This document shows positions 1 to 8,279 of a stretch of DNA of 64,000 nt, piece after piece; position 1 is the first letter of the stretch, and every line of letters begins with the position of its first letter. The notes under the pieces were generated by a model. The model had not been told where the DNA came from. It made no database searches and was given only the letters and a program-made list of their open reading frames with translations. The DNA comes from Deltaproteobacteria bacterium. GTDB lineage: Bacteria; Myxococcota_A; Polyangia; Polyangiales; JADJMO01. The DNA is taken from the NCBI GenBank assembly GCA_016182965.1, contig JACPFM010000075.1, positions 4,687 to 68,686 on the forward strand, given 5' to 3'. The translations under genes and the position numbers were made by a program.

Positions 1-470
1 ACGCCCACCGCGCGGCAGGCCTTCGCCACGTCGACCGCGTACTCGAGGAAGATGACCGGATCGTTGTAGGTGTACGCCACGCTCCGGCAGCCCATCTCCT
101 TCGCGGCGCGCGCGATGGTCTCGGGCGACGCCTGATCGGCGAGCGTGTCGGTCTCGCGTGACTTGGAGATGTCCCAGTTCTGGCAGAACTTGCAGGTCAG
201 GTTGCAGCCGGCGGTGCCGAAGCTGAGGATCGACGAGCCGGGCAGGAACTGGTTGAGCGGCTTCTTCTCGATGGGATCGACGCAGAAGCCGCTCGAACGA
301 CCGTAGGTCGTGAGCACCATCTGGTCGTCCTGCCGCGCGCGCACGAAGCACAGCCCTCGCTGCCCCTCCTGCAGACGGCAGAGGCGCGGGCAGAGGTCGC
401 ACTGGATTCGTCCGTCGGGCTGGCGCGACCAGTAGCGGCCCGGGACCCCCTCGATTCTTTCTTGCATCAT
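1..470 (-). CDS. AmmeMemoRadiSam system radical SAM enzyme; the first 156 codons lie in the window and the 3' part runs off the left edge
   Basis: Reverse translation from ATG at 470 gives MMQERIEGVPGRYWSRQPDGRIQCDLCPRLCRLQEGQRGLCFVRARQDDQMVLTTYGRSSGFCVDPIEKKPLNQFLPGSSILSFGTAGCNLTCKFCQNWDIS. It has the CX3CX2C radical SAM motif (CNLTCKFC) plus the N-terminal CDLCPRLC motif typical of this family. It is divergent from a MEMO-like gene. Confidence 0.8.
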   Translation of the reverse strand, partial: MMQERIEGVPGRYWSRQPDGRIQCDLCPRLCRLQEGQRGLCFVRARQDDQMVLTTYGRSSGFCVDPIEKKPLNQFLPGSSILSFGTAGCNLTCKFCQNWDISKSRETDTLADQASPETIARAAKEMGCRSVAYTYNDPVIFLEYAVDVAKACRAVG

Positions 471-516
471 CCGACAGGACGTTTGGCACGTTCCTCGAAC
501 ACCGCAAGGTGCCGCC

Positions 517-1311
517 ATGATTCGACAGCCAGCCGTCGCCGGGAGCTTCTATACGGATGAACCGCGTGCGCTGCGGGCGCAGATCGAGCGCCTCCTCGCG
601 GACGTCCCCGAGCGCGGGCCGGTACCCAAGGCGCTGATCGCGCCGCACGCCGGCTACACGTACTCGGGGCCGATCGCAGCGAGCGCGTACGGCCGCGTCC
701 GCGACGGGCGCGGCCGCATCGAGCGCGTCGTGATCCTCGGCCCTGCGCACCGCGTGTTCGTCCGAGGGATCGCCACGACGACGGCCGAGGCGTTCGAGAC
801 GCCGCTCGGCCCGATGCGCGTCGACCGTGCGGCGATCGCGGCGGTGGAGCAGCTCTCGTACGTGAAGCCGCGCGACCTCGCGCACCTCGGGGAGCACTCG
901 CTGGAGGTCCACCTGCCGTTCCTGCAGATGACGCTCGGCGACGTGTCGATCGTCCCGCTCGTCGTCGGCGACGCGTCGCCCGAAGAGGTCGCGGCGGCGC
1001 TCGAGATCGTGTGGGGCGGCCCGGAGACGCTCATCGTGGTGAGCTCCGACCTGAGCCACTACCTCGACGACGCGACCGCCAAGGTCATCGACCGCGAGAC
1101 CTGCGCCGCGATCGAATCGCTCGCGTTCGAGCGCATCGGCGACCAGCAGGCCTGCGGGCGCATGCCGATGCGCGGGCTCCTCTCGGTCGCGCGCAGCAAG
1201 GGCTTGCCGGTGCGCACGCTCGACCTCCGCAACTCGGCCGACACGTCGGGCCTGCGCGACCAGGTCGTCGGGTACGGCGCGTGGGCGATCGGCGATCTCG
1301 CCACGTCGTGA
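517..1311 (+). CDS. AmmeMemoRadiSam system protein B (MEMO1-like)
   Basis: 264 aa. N-terminus MIRQPAVAGSFYTDEP, then APHAGYTYSG, GPAH, EHSLEVHLPFLQ and SSDLSHY, which are characteristic MEMO family motifs. High GC3 frame. Confidence 0.85.
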   Translation: MIRQPAVAGSFYTDEPRALRAQIERLLADVPERGPVPKALIAPHAGYTYSGPIAASAYGRVRDGRGRIERVVILGPAHRVFVRGIATTTAEAFETPLGPMRVDRAAIAAVEQLSYVKPRDLAHLGEHSLEVHLPFLQMTLGDVSIVPLVVGDASPEEVAAALEIVWGGPETLIVVSSDLSHYLDDATAKVIDRETCAAIESLAFERIGDQQACGRMPMRGLLSVARSKGLPVRTLDLRNSADTSGLRDQVVGYGAWAIGDLATS

Positions 1312-1426
1312 GCGAATCACCGCGAGAGGTTTTGCACAGTCGCGCATCGGACCTCGGAACGCGACCAAAGCGAGCAGACGCGCGCCGCGGCGCGCGAAGC
1401 TTCGTCTCTCCAGCAACGAGGTACCG

Positions 1427-2056
1427 ATGGCGAGCCAGAGCAGCAAGACGACGACCGATCACGAGACCATCCGCCGCTGGGCAGAGCAGCGTGGCGCCGT
1501 TCCCTCGACCGTCAAACGCACGCGCGGTCAGAAGAACGTCGGCGTGATCCGGCTCGATTTCCCAGGCTTCTCCGGCGAGGGCGCCCTCGAGCCGATCACC
1601 TGGGATCGGTTCTTCGAGGAGTTCGACAAGCAGAAGCTCGCCCTCGTCTACCAGGACAAGACGGCCTCCGGGCGGACCAGCAGCTTCAACCGATTCGTGA
1701 AGCGCGAGACGGCGGCCACGCGTGGTACGCGTCGCAAGAGCACGCGCGCCTCCTCCTCTACTTCTGGGCGTACGACGGCGCGTACGACGGGGCGCGCGAC
1801 GGGGCGCGCGACGGGGCGCGCGGCGGGGCGCGCGACCGCGCGCAAGACGACCACGACGCGCGGCGGCGCCAAGGCGAAGACGGCGACCGGCGCCAAGCGC
1901 ACCGCGACGCGCAAGGCGACCAGCGCGACGGGCGCGGCCAAGCGCGGCGGCGCGAGCACGCGCAGCACGACCACCACGACCCGTCGTGGGGGCGCGATCA
2001 AGGCGAAGGGCACGAGCAAGCGCGGGGCGACCCGCGGCAGTCGCGCGCGCGCCTGA
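1427..2056 (+). CDS. conserved hypothetical protein: about 95 aa globular N-domain plus a basic Arg/Thr/Ala/Lys-rich histone H1-like tail
   Basis: The N-domain TTDHETIRRWAEQRGAVPSTVK...VIRLDFPGFSGEGALEPITWDRFFEEFDKQKLALVYQD resembles a widespread uncharacterised family. The tail holds GRATGRATGRAAGRATAR, encoded by 12-bp tandem repeats at about 1786-1837. Confidence 0.7.
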   Translation: MASQSSKTTTDHETIRRWAEQRGAVPSTVKRTRGQKNVGVIRLDFPGFSGEGALEPITWDRFFEEFDKQKLALVYQDKTASGRTSSFNRFVKRETAATRGTRRKSTRASSSTSGRTTARTTGRATGRATGRAAGRATARKTTTTRGGAKAKTATGAKRTATRKATSATGAAKRGGASTRSTTTTTRRGGAIKAKGTSKRGATRGSRARA

Positions 2057-2194
2057 TCGTCAGAAGGTGAACGCCACCGCGCCGAAGACCCCGTCGCGGC
2101 CCCAGCCGAACGAGACCTCGCCGTCCTCGACGCGTCCGGCGCCGAGCTCGTCGGGCCGATCACGATCAGCGCGGGCACCGCCTACCCGATCGCG

Positions 2195-2569
2195 ATGGCC
2201 GGCACGAGCCTCGGTTACGCGGTCGCCTACAACGAGGCAGGCGCCACGCGCTACGCCTTCGTCTCGAACGCGGGCGTGAAGGGCGTCGACAAGCTCGCCG
2301 GCGTCACGGCCGGTCGCAGCGGCCACGGCACCTTCGACGCGGCGCGAGGCGAGGGCGCCATGGCGCTCGAATCGAACGACGGCCTGACGCTGCTCTACGC
2401 GCGCAAGAACCTCGTCGACGGTCTCGAGCGGACGGTCGCCTTCACGCCCGGCTCGCCGAGCGCGAGTGACGCCGTGTCGATCGACTTCACCGCCGGACAG
2501 CTCGGGCTCACCCACTACGCGAGCGGAGACGGGCGCGCGCGCTGGGTGCGCGCCGGTTGCCTGCCGTGA
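2195..2569 (+). CDS. hypothetical protein, possibly a 5'-truncated gene remnant
   Basis: Strong GC3 bias in this frame. The same frame stays open and coding-like back to 2057 with no ATG or GTG upstream of 2195. No recognisable motif. Confidence 0.35.
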   Translation: MAGTSLGYAVAYNEAGATRYAFVSNAGVKGVDKLAGVTAGRSGHGTFDAARGEGAMALESNDGLTLLYARKNLVDGLERTVAFTPGSPSASDAVSIDFTAGQLGLTHYASGDGRARWVRAGCLP

Positions 2570-2600
2570 CGCACTTCAGGAGGGCGCTCGAGAAGGAATT

Positions 2601-2621
2601 CCCCCGGTCTGAAGTCCGGGG
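2601..2621 (+). terminator. GC hairpin CCCCGGTCT-GA-AGTCCGGGG, 32 nt after the 2569 stop
   Basis: 9-bp stem with one mismatch and no U-tract. It is a near-identical inverted copy of the hairpin at 2815-2835. Confidence 0.35.
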
Positions 2622-2814
2622 CACCGACAACCGGGCGAAGCCCTCTGGGCTACGAGTGGCTCGCCTCGAGGAAGTGCAGCGGTCGACTGGCCAGGTGAAG
2701 TCGCCGGTACCCTGATTTCTTGAGGCCGGTTCGCCGCTGGGCCGTCGTGCAGCGACCGCCCCGAGCCAGTCCGCCGAGTCGGTGAAGTCCGAAGGACTCG
2801 AGGTGCAGTCGGTG

Positions 2815-2835
2815 CCCCGGACTTCAGTCCGGGGG
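2815..2835 (-). terminator. GC hairpin CCCCGGACT-TC-AGTCCGGGG, 18 nt after the stop of the 2853-4094 gene
   Basis: Perfect 9-bp palindrome and inverted copy of 2601-2621. The two hairpins bracket a convergent intergenic region of about 190 nt. Confidence 0.35.
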
Positions 2836-2852
2836 CATCTTCCGACAGGACT

Positions 2853-4094
2853 TCAGCGCGTGACGATGGTGTCGACGTCGCCGAGCACCGCGACGATCGC
2901 GCCCGTCTCGTCGAGGAGGAGGACCGGCGCGCCCACCACGATCTGCTGATCGCCGATCGCTTCGAGGGCGAAGGTCTTGGGGGTGCGCCCGCGTCGCTCG
3001 AGGCGCAGGACGTCCTTCTCGACGACGAGCCTCTCGTCGCGGTCGGTGGCGAAGGACGCGACGTCCTCCAGCTCGTAGCCGCGCCGGCCGCGCTCGACCT
3101 CGAGCGTTTGCAGGTGCAGGCACAGACCGAGCACCTCGACCTCCACGGTGTCGCGGCGGGCGCTCGCGCCGGCGAGCTTGTCGAGCAGCGCCCCGAGCTC
3201 GACCCGCGCCGCGCGGCGCGCGTCGTCGAGGCGTGTCTTGTCGCGCGCCTGCGGCCCGAGCTGGCTCGGTCCGAGCGCCCGCACGTACCCCGAGGCGACG
3301 CCCCATGACGTGTGCCTGCTGACGGCCTGCAGCAGCGCCGGCGGCGGCGTGAGGATCGTGCTGATGCGGTCGAACGTGCGTCGCTCGCGCTCCCATGGCA
3401 CGCCCTTCTTCGTCGCCACGCGCAGCTTGCGGATGGTCGACGTGTCCATGGCCGTCGATCGCATGCGACCGTCGACCTGCACCGGGTCCTTGAGCTTGAG
3501 CGCGCCCTCGCTGGGGATGGAGTTGACGTAGATGCTCTGGTAGACGAAGCGACGCATGCCGGACTCGTCCTTGGGCGACGACATCTGCACGAGCGAGCCG
3601 TTGTAGGTGAGCGCCAGGGCGCCGCGCGGCTCGCGGACGCCGAGCGTCTTCGCCTCGACGAAGCCGAACTCTCCCGCGATCTCGTCGAACGCGCGCCCCT
3701 GCTCGATCCACTCCTCGGCCTTCCTCTCGAGCACCGGGTGGAACTCCGGGCGCAGCGGCACGCCGAGCAGCTTGGCGAGCTGCTCGCGGACCACCCCGGG
3801 GACTCGCGACAGCGCGCTGCACTCGCTGCCGTCGGGGAGCGGTCGACCGAGGGCGGTGGCGACCAGCGCGTCGAACTGCACGCGCAGCTCCATCATCTCG
3901 AGCACCAGCCGCCTTCGCTCGCGCTCGTCGGCGGTCGTGCTCGCCCGGCGCGCGACCGCCTGCAGCTCGCGGTCGAGCCCGAGCGCGCGCGCCGCGGCCG
4001 CCGGATCCTTGTGGGCGAGGGCGCGGAGTCGCAGCGGGAAGTCGAGCGGGCGCGGGCCTGAGTCGGGCGTCGGCGTCGGATTCGAACCGCTCAT
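2853..4094 (-). CDS. hypothetical protein (413 aa from the ATG at 4094; alternative GTG at 4130)
   Basis: Clear GC3 frame. GGAG lies 8 nt upstream of the ATG at 4094. Balanced composition (FVYQSIYVNSIPSEGALKLKDPVQVDGRMRSTAMD...). I recognise no family. Confidence 0.6.
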   Translation of the reverse strand: MSGSNPTPTPDSGPRPLDFPLRLRALAHKDPAAAARALGLDRELQAVARRASTTADERERRRLVLEMMELRVQFDALVATALGRPLPDGSECSALSRVPGVVREQLAKLLGVPLRPEFHPVLERKAEEWIEQGRAFDEIAGEFGFVEAKTLGVREPRGALALTYNGSLVQMSSPKDESGMRRFVYQSIYVNSIPSEGALKLKDPVQVDGRMRSTAMDTSTIRKLRVATKKGVPWERERRTFDRISTILTPPPALLQAVSRHTSWGVASGYVRALGPSQLGPQARDKTRLDDARRAARVELGALLDKLAGASARRDTVEVEVLGLCLHLQTLEVERGRRGYELEDVASFATDRDERLVVEKDVLRLERRGRTPKTFALEAIGDQQIVVGAPVLLLDETGAIVAVLGDVDTIVTR

Positions 4095-4181
4095 GTTTCT
4101 CCATTCGAGCCCGCCCGTGCGCTTTGTCACCTCGGCGCGGGCACACGCATCCTCGGGAGATTACCATCCACCGCGCGTCCG

Positions 4182-7100
4182 GTGGCGCGCGCCTTGGGAG
4201 GAATCGTCGTGAACGGACCGCTCCGCGCCGCGCGCGCCGCTGCCAGCCAGCTCGTGAACAGCATCGTCGTTCGCGCGTTCGCGCGGGTCACCGGCCGCTC
4301 GGTCACGCCGATCGAGGCGCGCATGTTCGACGACATGTCCAACGACTCGCTGCTCGGGATGGTGCTCATCGATCTCGATGGGACGATCTTGCGGGCGAAC
4401 GCGGCGTTCGAGCGAATGATCGAACGCGACGTGCGCGGCGTTCGCTTCGCGGAGATCACCCACCCCGACGACCTCGAGGAGAACCTCTCGCTGCTGCGCG
4501 ACGTGCTCGCCGGCAGGCGGCGCAGCTACTCGCTCCGCAAGCGCTACCTGCGCGCCGACGGGACGGTGGTGCACGCGCGCACCACCGCGACGTTCGTACA
4601 CGGGCCCGACGATCGACCGCGCTTCGGCGTGGCGATCGTCGAGGACATCACCGACAAGGTCCGCGCCGAGCAGGCGATGCGCGACGAGGCCTCCGACGCG
4701 CGGCGCGCCTTCCGCGACATCGAGCAGCAGATCGCGCAGACCAGGGAGTTCCTCGCGGCGATCATCGATCACCTCCCGATCGCGCTCATCGCCAAGGACG
4801 CGCGCGACCACCGCTTCATCTTGTGGAACCGCGTCAGCGAGGCGCTCTTCGGGCGCTCGGCGGCGGAGGTGCTCGGCAAGACCGACTTCGACTTCTTCCC
4901 GCGCGAGCAGGCAGAGTTCTTCGTCACGAAGGATCGGGAGACGCTCGCCGGCCGCGTCATGGTCGAGATCCCCGAGGAGCCGGCCGACACCGCGGCCGGC
5001 CGGCGGTGGCTGCGCACGCGCAAGGTGCCGATCGCGAACGAGAGCGGCGCGCCCCAGTCGCTCCTCGTCATGTGCGAGGACATCACCGAACGGCGGGCGG
5101 CCGAGCTGGCGCTCCGTGAGAGCCGCGCGCAGATCGAGCTGCTCGCGAAGGTCGCCAGTCAGACCAACAGCGCGGTCATGATCTCCGACCCGGACGGCAC
5201 CATCCGCTGGGTGAACGACGCGTTCATGCGGGTGACCGGCTACGGCGCCGCGGAGCTGCTCGGCCGCCACCCGGCCGAGATCCTCTCCGGGCCCGACGGC
5301 GATCGGCGCGCTGTCGTCGAGATCGAGCGGCAGCTCGCGGAGACCGGCCGCTTCGACGTCGAGTGCCTGCTCTACACGAAGAGCGGACGCTCGTTCTGGG
5401 GCGAGGTCCGCGGCGAGCCCCTGCTCGACGACGCCGGCAACGTCACGAGCGTGGTGTCCGTCCAGACCGACATCACGGCCCGCAAGCGCGGCGAGCAGGA
5501 GCGGCAGCTGCTGCACGAGATCGCCGTCGCCATCGGCGAAGCGGCCGATCTCCCCTCCGCCCTCGGGCTCGTGCTGCGGAAGGTGTGCGACACGACCGGT
5601 TGGGTCATCGGTCAGGCCTGGATGCCCGCCGGGGCCGCCGAGCTCTCCTGCCTCGCCACCTGGTACGCGCGCGACGCCGGGGGCGAGGAGTTCCACGCCG
5701 AGAGCCTGGCCATGCGGTTCACCCGCGGGCGCGGTCTGCCCGGCACCGTCTGGGCGAGCGCCCAGCCGGTCTGGATCCGCGACGCCGCCGCCGAGCCGGG
5801 TTTCCTGCGTCGGAGCCGCGCGATCGACGCGAACCTCCACGCGGCGCTCGCCGTGCCGGTGCTCGCCGGGCCCGAGGTCGTCGCCGTGCTCGAGTTCCTG
5901 ATGCGCGCTGCGCGCGAGGAGGACGAGCGGCTCGTCGAGGTCATCGGCGCCGTCGCGGCGCAGCTCGGCGCCGCGATCCAGCGCAAGCGAGCGGAGGACG
6001 CGCTGCGCGTCAGCCGCGACGAGCTCCGCGCCGCGAACGAGGCGCTGGCCCGCGCCGCGCGCACGAAGGACGACTTCCTCGCCAGCATGAGCCACGAGCT
6101 GCGCACGCCGCTCACCGGGATCCTCAGCCTCTCGGAGGCGCTGCAGGATCGGATCTTCGGCCCGCTCGACGAGCGGCAGCAGCGCGCGCTCCGCACGATC
6201 GAGGAGAGCGGCCGCCACCTCCTCGAGCTGATCAACGACGTGCTCGATCTCTCCAAGACCGAGGCCGGCCGCATGGAGCTGCACCTCGAGCCGTGCGCGC
6301 TCGAGCCGCTGGCGGAGGCGAGCCTCCGCCTCGTGAAGCAGTCGGCCACCGCCAAGCAACAGACGCTCGAGATCGAGGTGCAGCCGAGGGACGTCGTGAC
6401 GCGCGCCGATCCGCGGCGCCTCAAGCAGATCCTGGTGAACCTGCTGTCGAACGCGGTGAAGTTCACGCCGGAGGGCAAGCGCATCGGCGTCGAGGTCGTC
6501 GGCGACCGAGCCGCCGGCGTCGTGCGCTTGACCGTGCGGGACGAGGGCATCGGCATCGCGCCGGAGCACGTCCCGAGGCTGTTCCAGTCCTTCGTGCAGC
6601 TCGACAGCCGCCTGTCGCGCGCGTACTCCGGCACCGGCCTCGGCCTCGCGCTGGTGCGCCGCATGACCGAGCTGCACGGCGGCAGCGTGTCGCTCGAGAG
6701 CGCGCCGGGCGCCGGCAGTCGGTTCACCGTGACGCTGCCCTGGTCGGAGTCGGACGACAGCGACCCGCCTGTGAGCAGCAGAGAGGCCGAGTTGCCCGCG
6801 GCGGACGGCGCGCCGCGAAACGTCGGCCGCCGCGTGCTGCTCGCCGACGACCACGACGTCAATCGCGCCACGATCGGCGCGTACCTCGAGGCGCGCGGAT
6901 ACGTGATCATCTCGGCCCGCGACGGCGCCGAAGCGGTGCGCCTCGCGCGGGACGCGCTGCCGGACATCATCCTCCTCGACGTCCAGATGCCGGTGCTCGA
7001 CGGGCTGCAGGCGATGCGACGCATCCGCGAGGAGCCGCTCACGACGATGCTGCCGATCGTGGTGCTCACCGCGCTGGTGATGCCCGGCGATCGCGAGCGT

Positions 7101-7199
7101 TGCCTGGCGGCCGGCGCCAACGACTACATCGCCAAGCCGGTGCCCCTGCGCACCCTCGTCGCCGCGATCGAGCGGCACCTGCGGAGGGCGACTGCGTGA
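4182..7199 (+). CDS. hybrid sensor histidine kinase/response regulator (multiple PAS, GAF, HisKA, HATPase_c, REC)
   Basis: H-box FLASMSHELRTPLTGI, N-box LVNLLSNAVKFTP, G-boxes DEGIGI and GTGLGLALV, and a receiver domain (LLADDHDVNR...DVQMPVLDG...AKP). Repeated PAS-like segments and a GAF-like segment lie upstream. The start is uncertain (GTG 4182 or the ATG at about 4323). Confidence 0.9.
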   Translation: MARALGGIVVNGPLRAARAAASQLVNSIVVRAFARVTGRSVTPIEARMFDDMSNDSLLGMVLIDLDGTILRANAAFERMIERDVRGVRFAEITHPDDLEENLSLLRDVLAGRRRSYSLRKRYLRADGTVVHARTTATFVHGPDDRPRFGVAIVEDITDKVRAEQAMRDEASDARRAFRDIEQQIAQTREFLAAIIDHLPIALIAKDARDHRFILWNRVSEALFGRSAAEVLGKTDFDFFPREQAEFFVTKDRETLAGRVMVEIPEEPADTAAGRRWLRTRKVPIANESGAPQSLLVMCEDITERRAAELALRESRAQIELLAKVASQTNSAVMISDPDGTIRWVNDAFMRVTGYGAAELLGRHPAEILSGPDGDRRAVVEIERQLAETGRFDVECLLYTKSGRSFWGEVRGEPLLDDAGNVTSVVSVQTDITARKRGEQERQLLHEIAVAIGEAADLPSALGLVLRKVCDTTGWVIGQAWMPAGAAELSCLATWYARDAGGEEFHAESLAMRFTRGRGLPGTVWASAQPVWIRDAAAEPGFLRRSRAIDANLHAALAVPVLAGPEVVAVLEFLMRAAREEDERLVEVIGAVAAQLGAAIQRKRAEDALRVSRDELRAANEALARAARTKDDFLASMSHELRTPLTGILSLSEALQDRIFGPLDERQQRALRTIEESGRHLLELINDVLDLSKTEAGRMELHLEPCALEPLAEASLRLVKQSATAKQQTLEIEVQPRDVVTRADPRRLKQILVNLLSNAVKFTPEGKRIGVEVVGDRAAGVVRLTVRDEGIGIAPEHVPRLFQSFVQLDSRLSRAYSGTGLGLALVRRMTELHGGSVSLESAPGAGSRFTVTLPWSESDDSDPPVSSREAELPAADGAPRNVGRRVLLADDHDVNRATIGAYLEARGYVIISARDGAEAVRLARDALPDIILLDVQMPVLDGLQAMRRIREEPLTTMLPIVVLTALVMPGDRERCLAAGANDYIAKPVPLRTLVAAIERHLRRATA

Positions 7200-8272
7200 A
7201 GAGCGGCGGAACCATCCTGGTCGTCGACGACGACGGACCGACGCGACAGGGCATCGAGGCGCTGCTCCTCGCGGACGATCACCACGTCGAGCACGCCGTC
7301 GACGGCGTCGACGGGCTCGAGAAGGCGCGCGCGCTCCGGCCCGACGTCATCCTGCTCGACATCATGATGCCGCGCCTCGACGGCTTCGAGACCTGCCGCG
7401 CGCTCCGCGCCGACCCCACGCTCGCCCACGTGCCGGTGGTCGTGCTCACCGCGGTCAACGAGCGCGCGTGGATCGCCCGCGCGCTCGACGCCGGCGCCGA
7501 CGAGTTCGCGGCCAAGCCGGTGTCCGGCCCCGAGCTCCGCGCGCGCGTGCGCTCGGCGCTGCGCATCAAGCGCCACCAGGACGCGCTCCAGTCGATGCTG
7601 CGGATGCGCGAGGACCTCGTGCACATGCTGGTGCACGACATGCGAAACCCGCTGGCCATCCTCCACACCTACGTCGACATCCTGCGCGAGGATCTGGCCG
7701 CTCACCCTGCACGGGGAGACCTCGACGAGATCCACCAGGCAGGGCTGCGCCTGCAGCGGCTCGTCGACGAGATGCTCCTCGTCGCCAAGAGCGAGGCCGG
7801 CGGGTTGCCGATCCAGCGCGCCGAGGTCGACGTCGGTGCGCTGCTCGACGGCGCGGTGACCGCGTCGCGCCGGTGGTCGCTCGAGCGCGGAACGCGCTTC
7901 GTGACGCAGGTCGAGGGCCCGCCGTGGACCTTGCAGGTCGACGGCGCGCTGATGACGCGCGTCCTCGAGAACCTGCTCTCCAACGCCGCGAAGTTCTCGC
8001 CGCCTCGCGCGACCATCGTGCTCGGCGCCTCGCGCGGCGAGGCAGGCGCCCGCATCGAGGTCGTCGACGAAGGCCCAGGCGTCGCCGAGGAGCACCGGGC
8101 CCGCATCTTCGATCGCTTCGCGACGGTCGACCTGCAGCGCAAGGGCGTGCGGCAGACCGGCCTCGGGCTCGCGTTCTGCAAGCTGGCCGTGGAGGCGCAC
8201 GGCGGGACGATCCGCGTCGAGCCGGGCGCGCCGAAGGGGTCGGTGTTCGTCGTCGAGCTGCCGGGGGGGTGA
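7196..8272 (+). CDS. response regulator-histidine kinase fusion (REC-HisKA-HATPase_c)
   Basis: GTG at 7196 overlaps the upstream TGA (GTGA). Sequence: ILVVDDDGPTR...LLDIMMPRLDG...AKP, then H-box VHDMRNPLA, LENLLSNAAKFSP, DEGPGV, GLGLAFCK. Only the last 358 codons of track ORF 5363..8272 are credible. Confidence 0.85.
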   Translation: MKSGGTILVVDDDGPTRQGIEALLLADDHHVEHAVDGVDGLEKARALRPDVILLDIMMPRLDGFETCRALRADPTLAHVPVVVLTAVNERAWIARALDAGADEFAAKPVSGPELRARVRSALRIKRHQDALQSMLRMREDLVHMLVHDMRNPLAILHTYVDILREDLAAHPARGDLDEIHQAGLRLQRLVDEMLLVAKSEAGGLPIQRAEVDVGALLDGAVTASRRWSLERGTRFVTQVEGPPWTLQVDGALMTRVLENLLSNAAKFSPPRATIVLGASRGEAGARIEVVDEGPGVAEEHRARIFDRFATVDLQRKGVRQTGLGLAFCKLAVEAHGGTIRVEPGAPKGSVFVVELPGG

Positions 8273-8279
8273 GTCGGCG

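Noticed and set aside
2060-2515. Minus-strand ORF ending in an outer-membrane-protein-like C-terminus ...GVFGAVAFTF
   Set aside because: Only the last about 25 codons look protein-like. The rest is Arg/Gly-rich, and the opposite (plus) frame has the strong GC3 bias.
2570-2850. Possible riboswitch or RNase P/6S-type RNA, prompted by GAAGTCCGGGG and GTGAAGTC motifs
   Set aside because: It is too short and lacks the conserved RNase P P4 partner. It has no B12 box, no TPP CUGAGA motif and no glycine-riboswitch core. It sits between two stop codons, so no downstream gene exists to regulate. It is kept only as a repeat/terminator observation.
4079-4092. GGTTCGAATCC on the minus strand, resembling a tRNA T-loop
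   Set aside because: The flanking bases do not form a T-stem (AGCGG versus CCGAC), and no acceptor or anticodon arms are evident. It lies in the coding 5' end (M-S-G-S-N-P) of the 2853-4094 gene.
4161-7178. Minus-strand ORF of exactly 1005 aa mirroring the 1005-aa plus-strand kinase gene
   Set aside because: It is a shadow ORF typical of high-GC DNA. The product is Arg/Gly/Ala/Asp/Glu-rich with no motifs. The plus frame carries the complete H, N, G1, G2 and receiver motifs and the GC3 bias.
5363-7195. The first about 610 codons of track ORF 5363..8272 (969 aa)
   Set aside because: This is an Arg/Pro/Ala-rich out-of-frame read-through of the hybrid kinase gene. Only the part from the GTG at 7196 shows receiver and kinase motifs.
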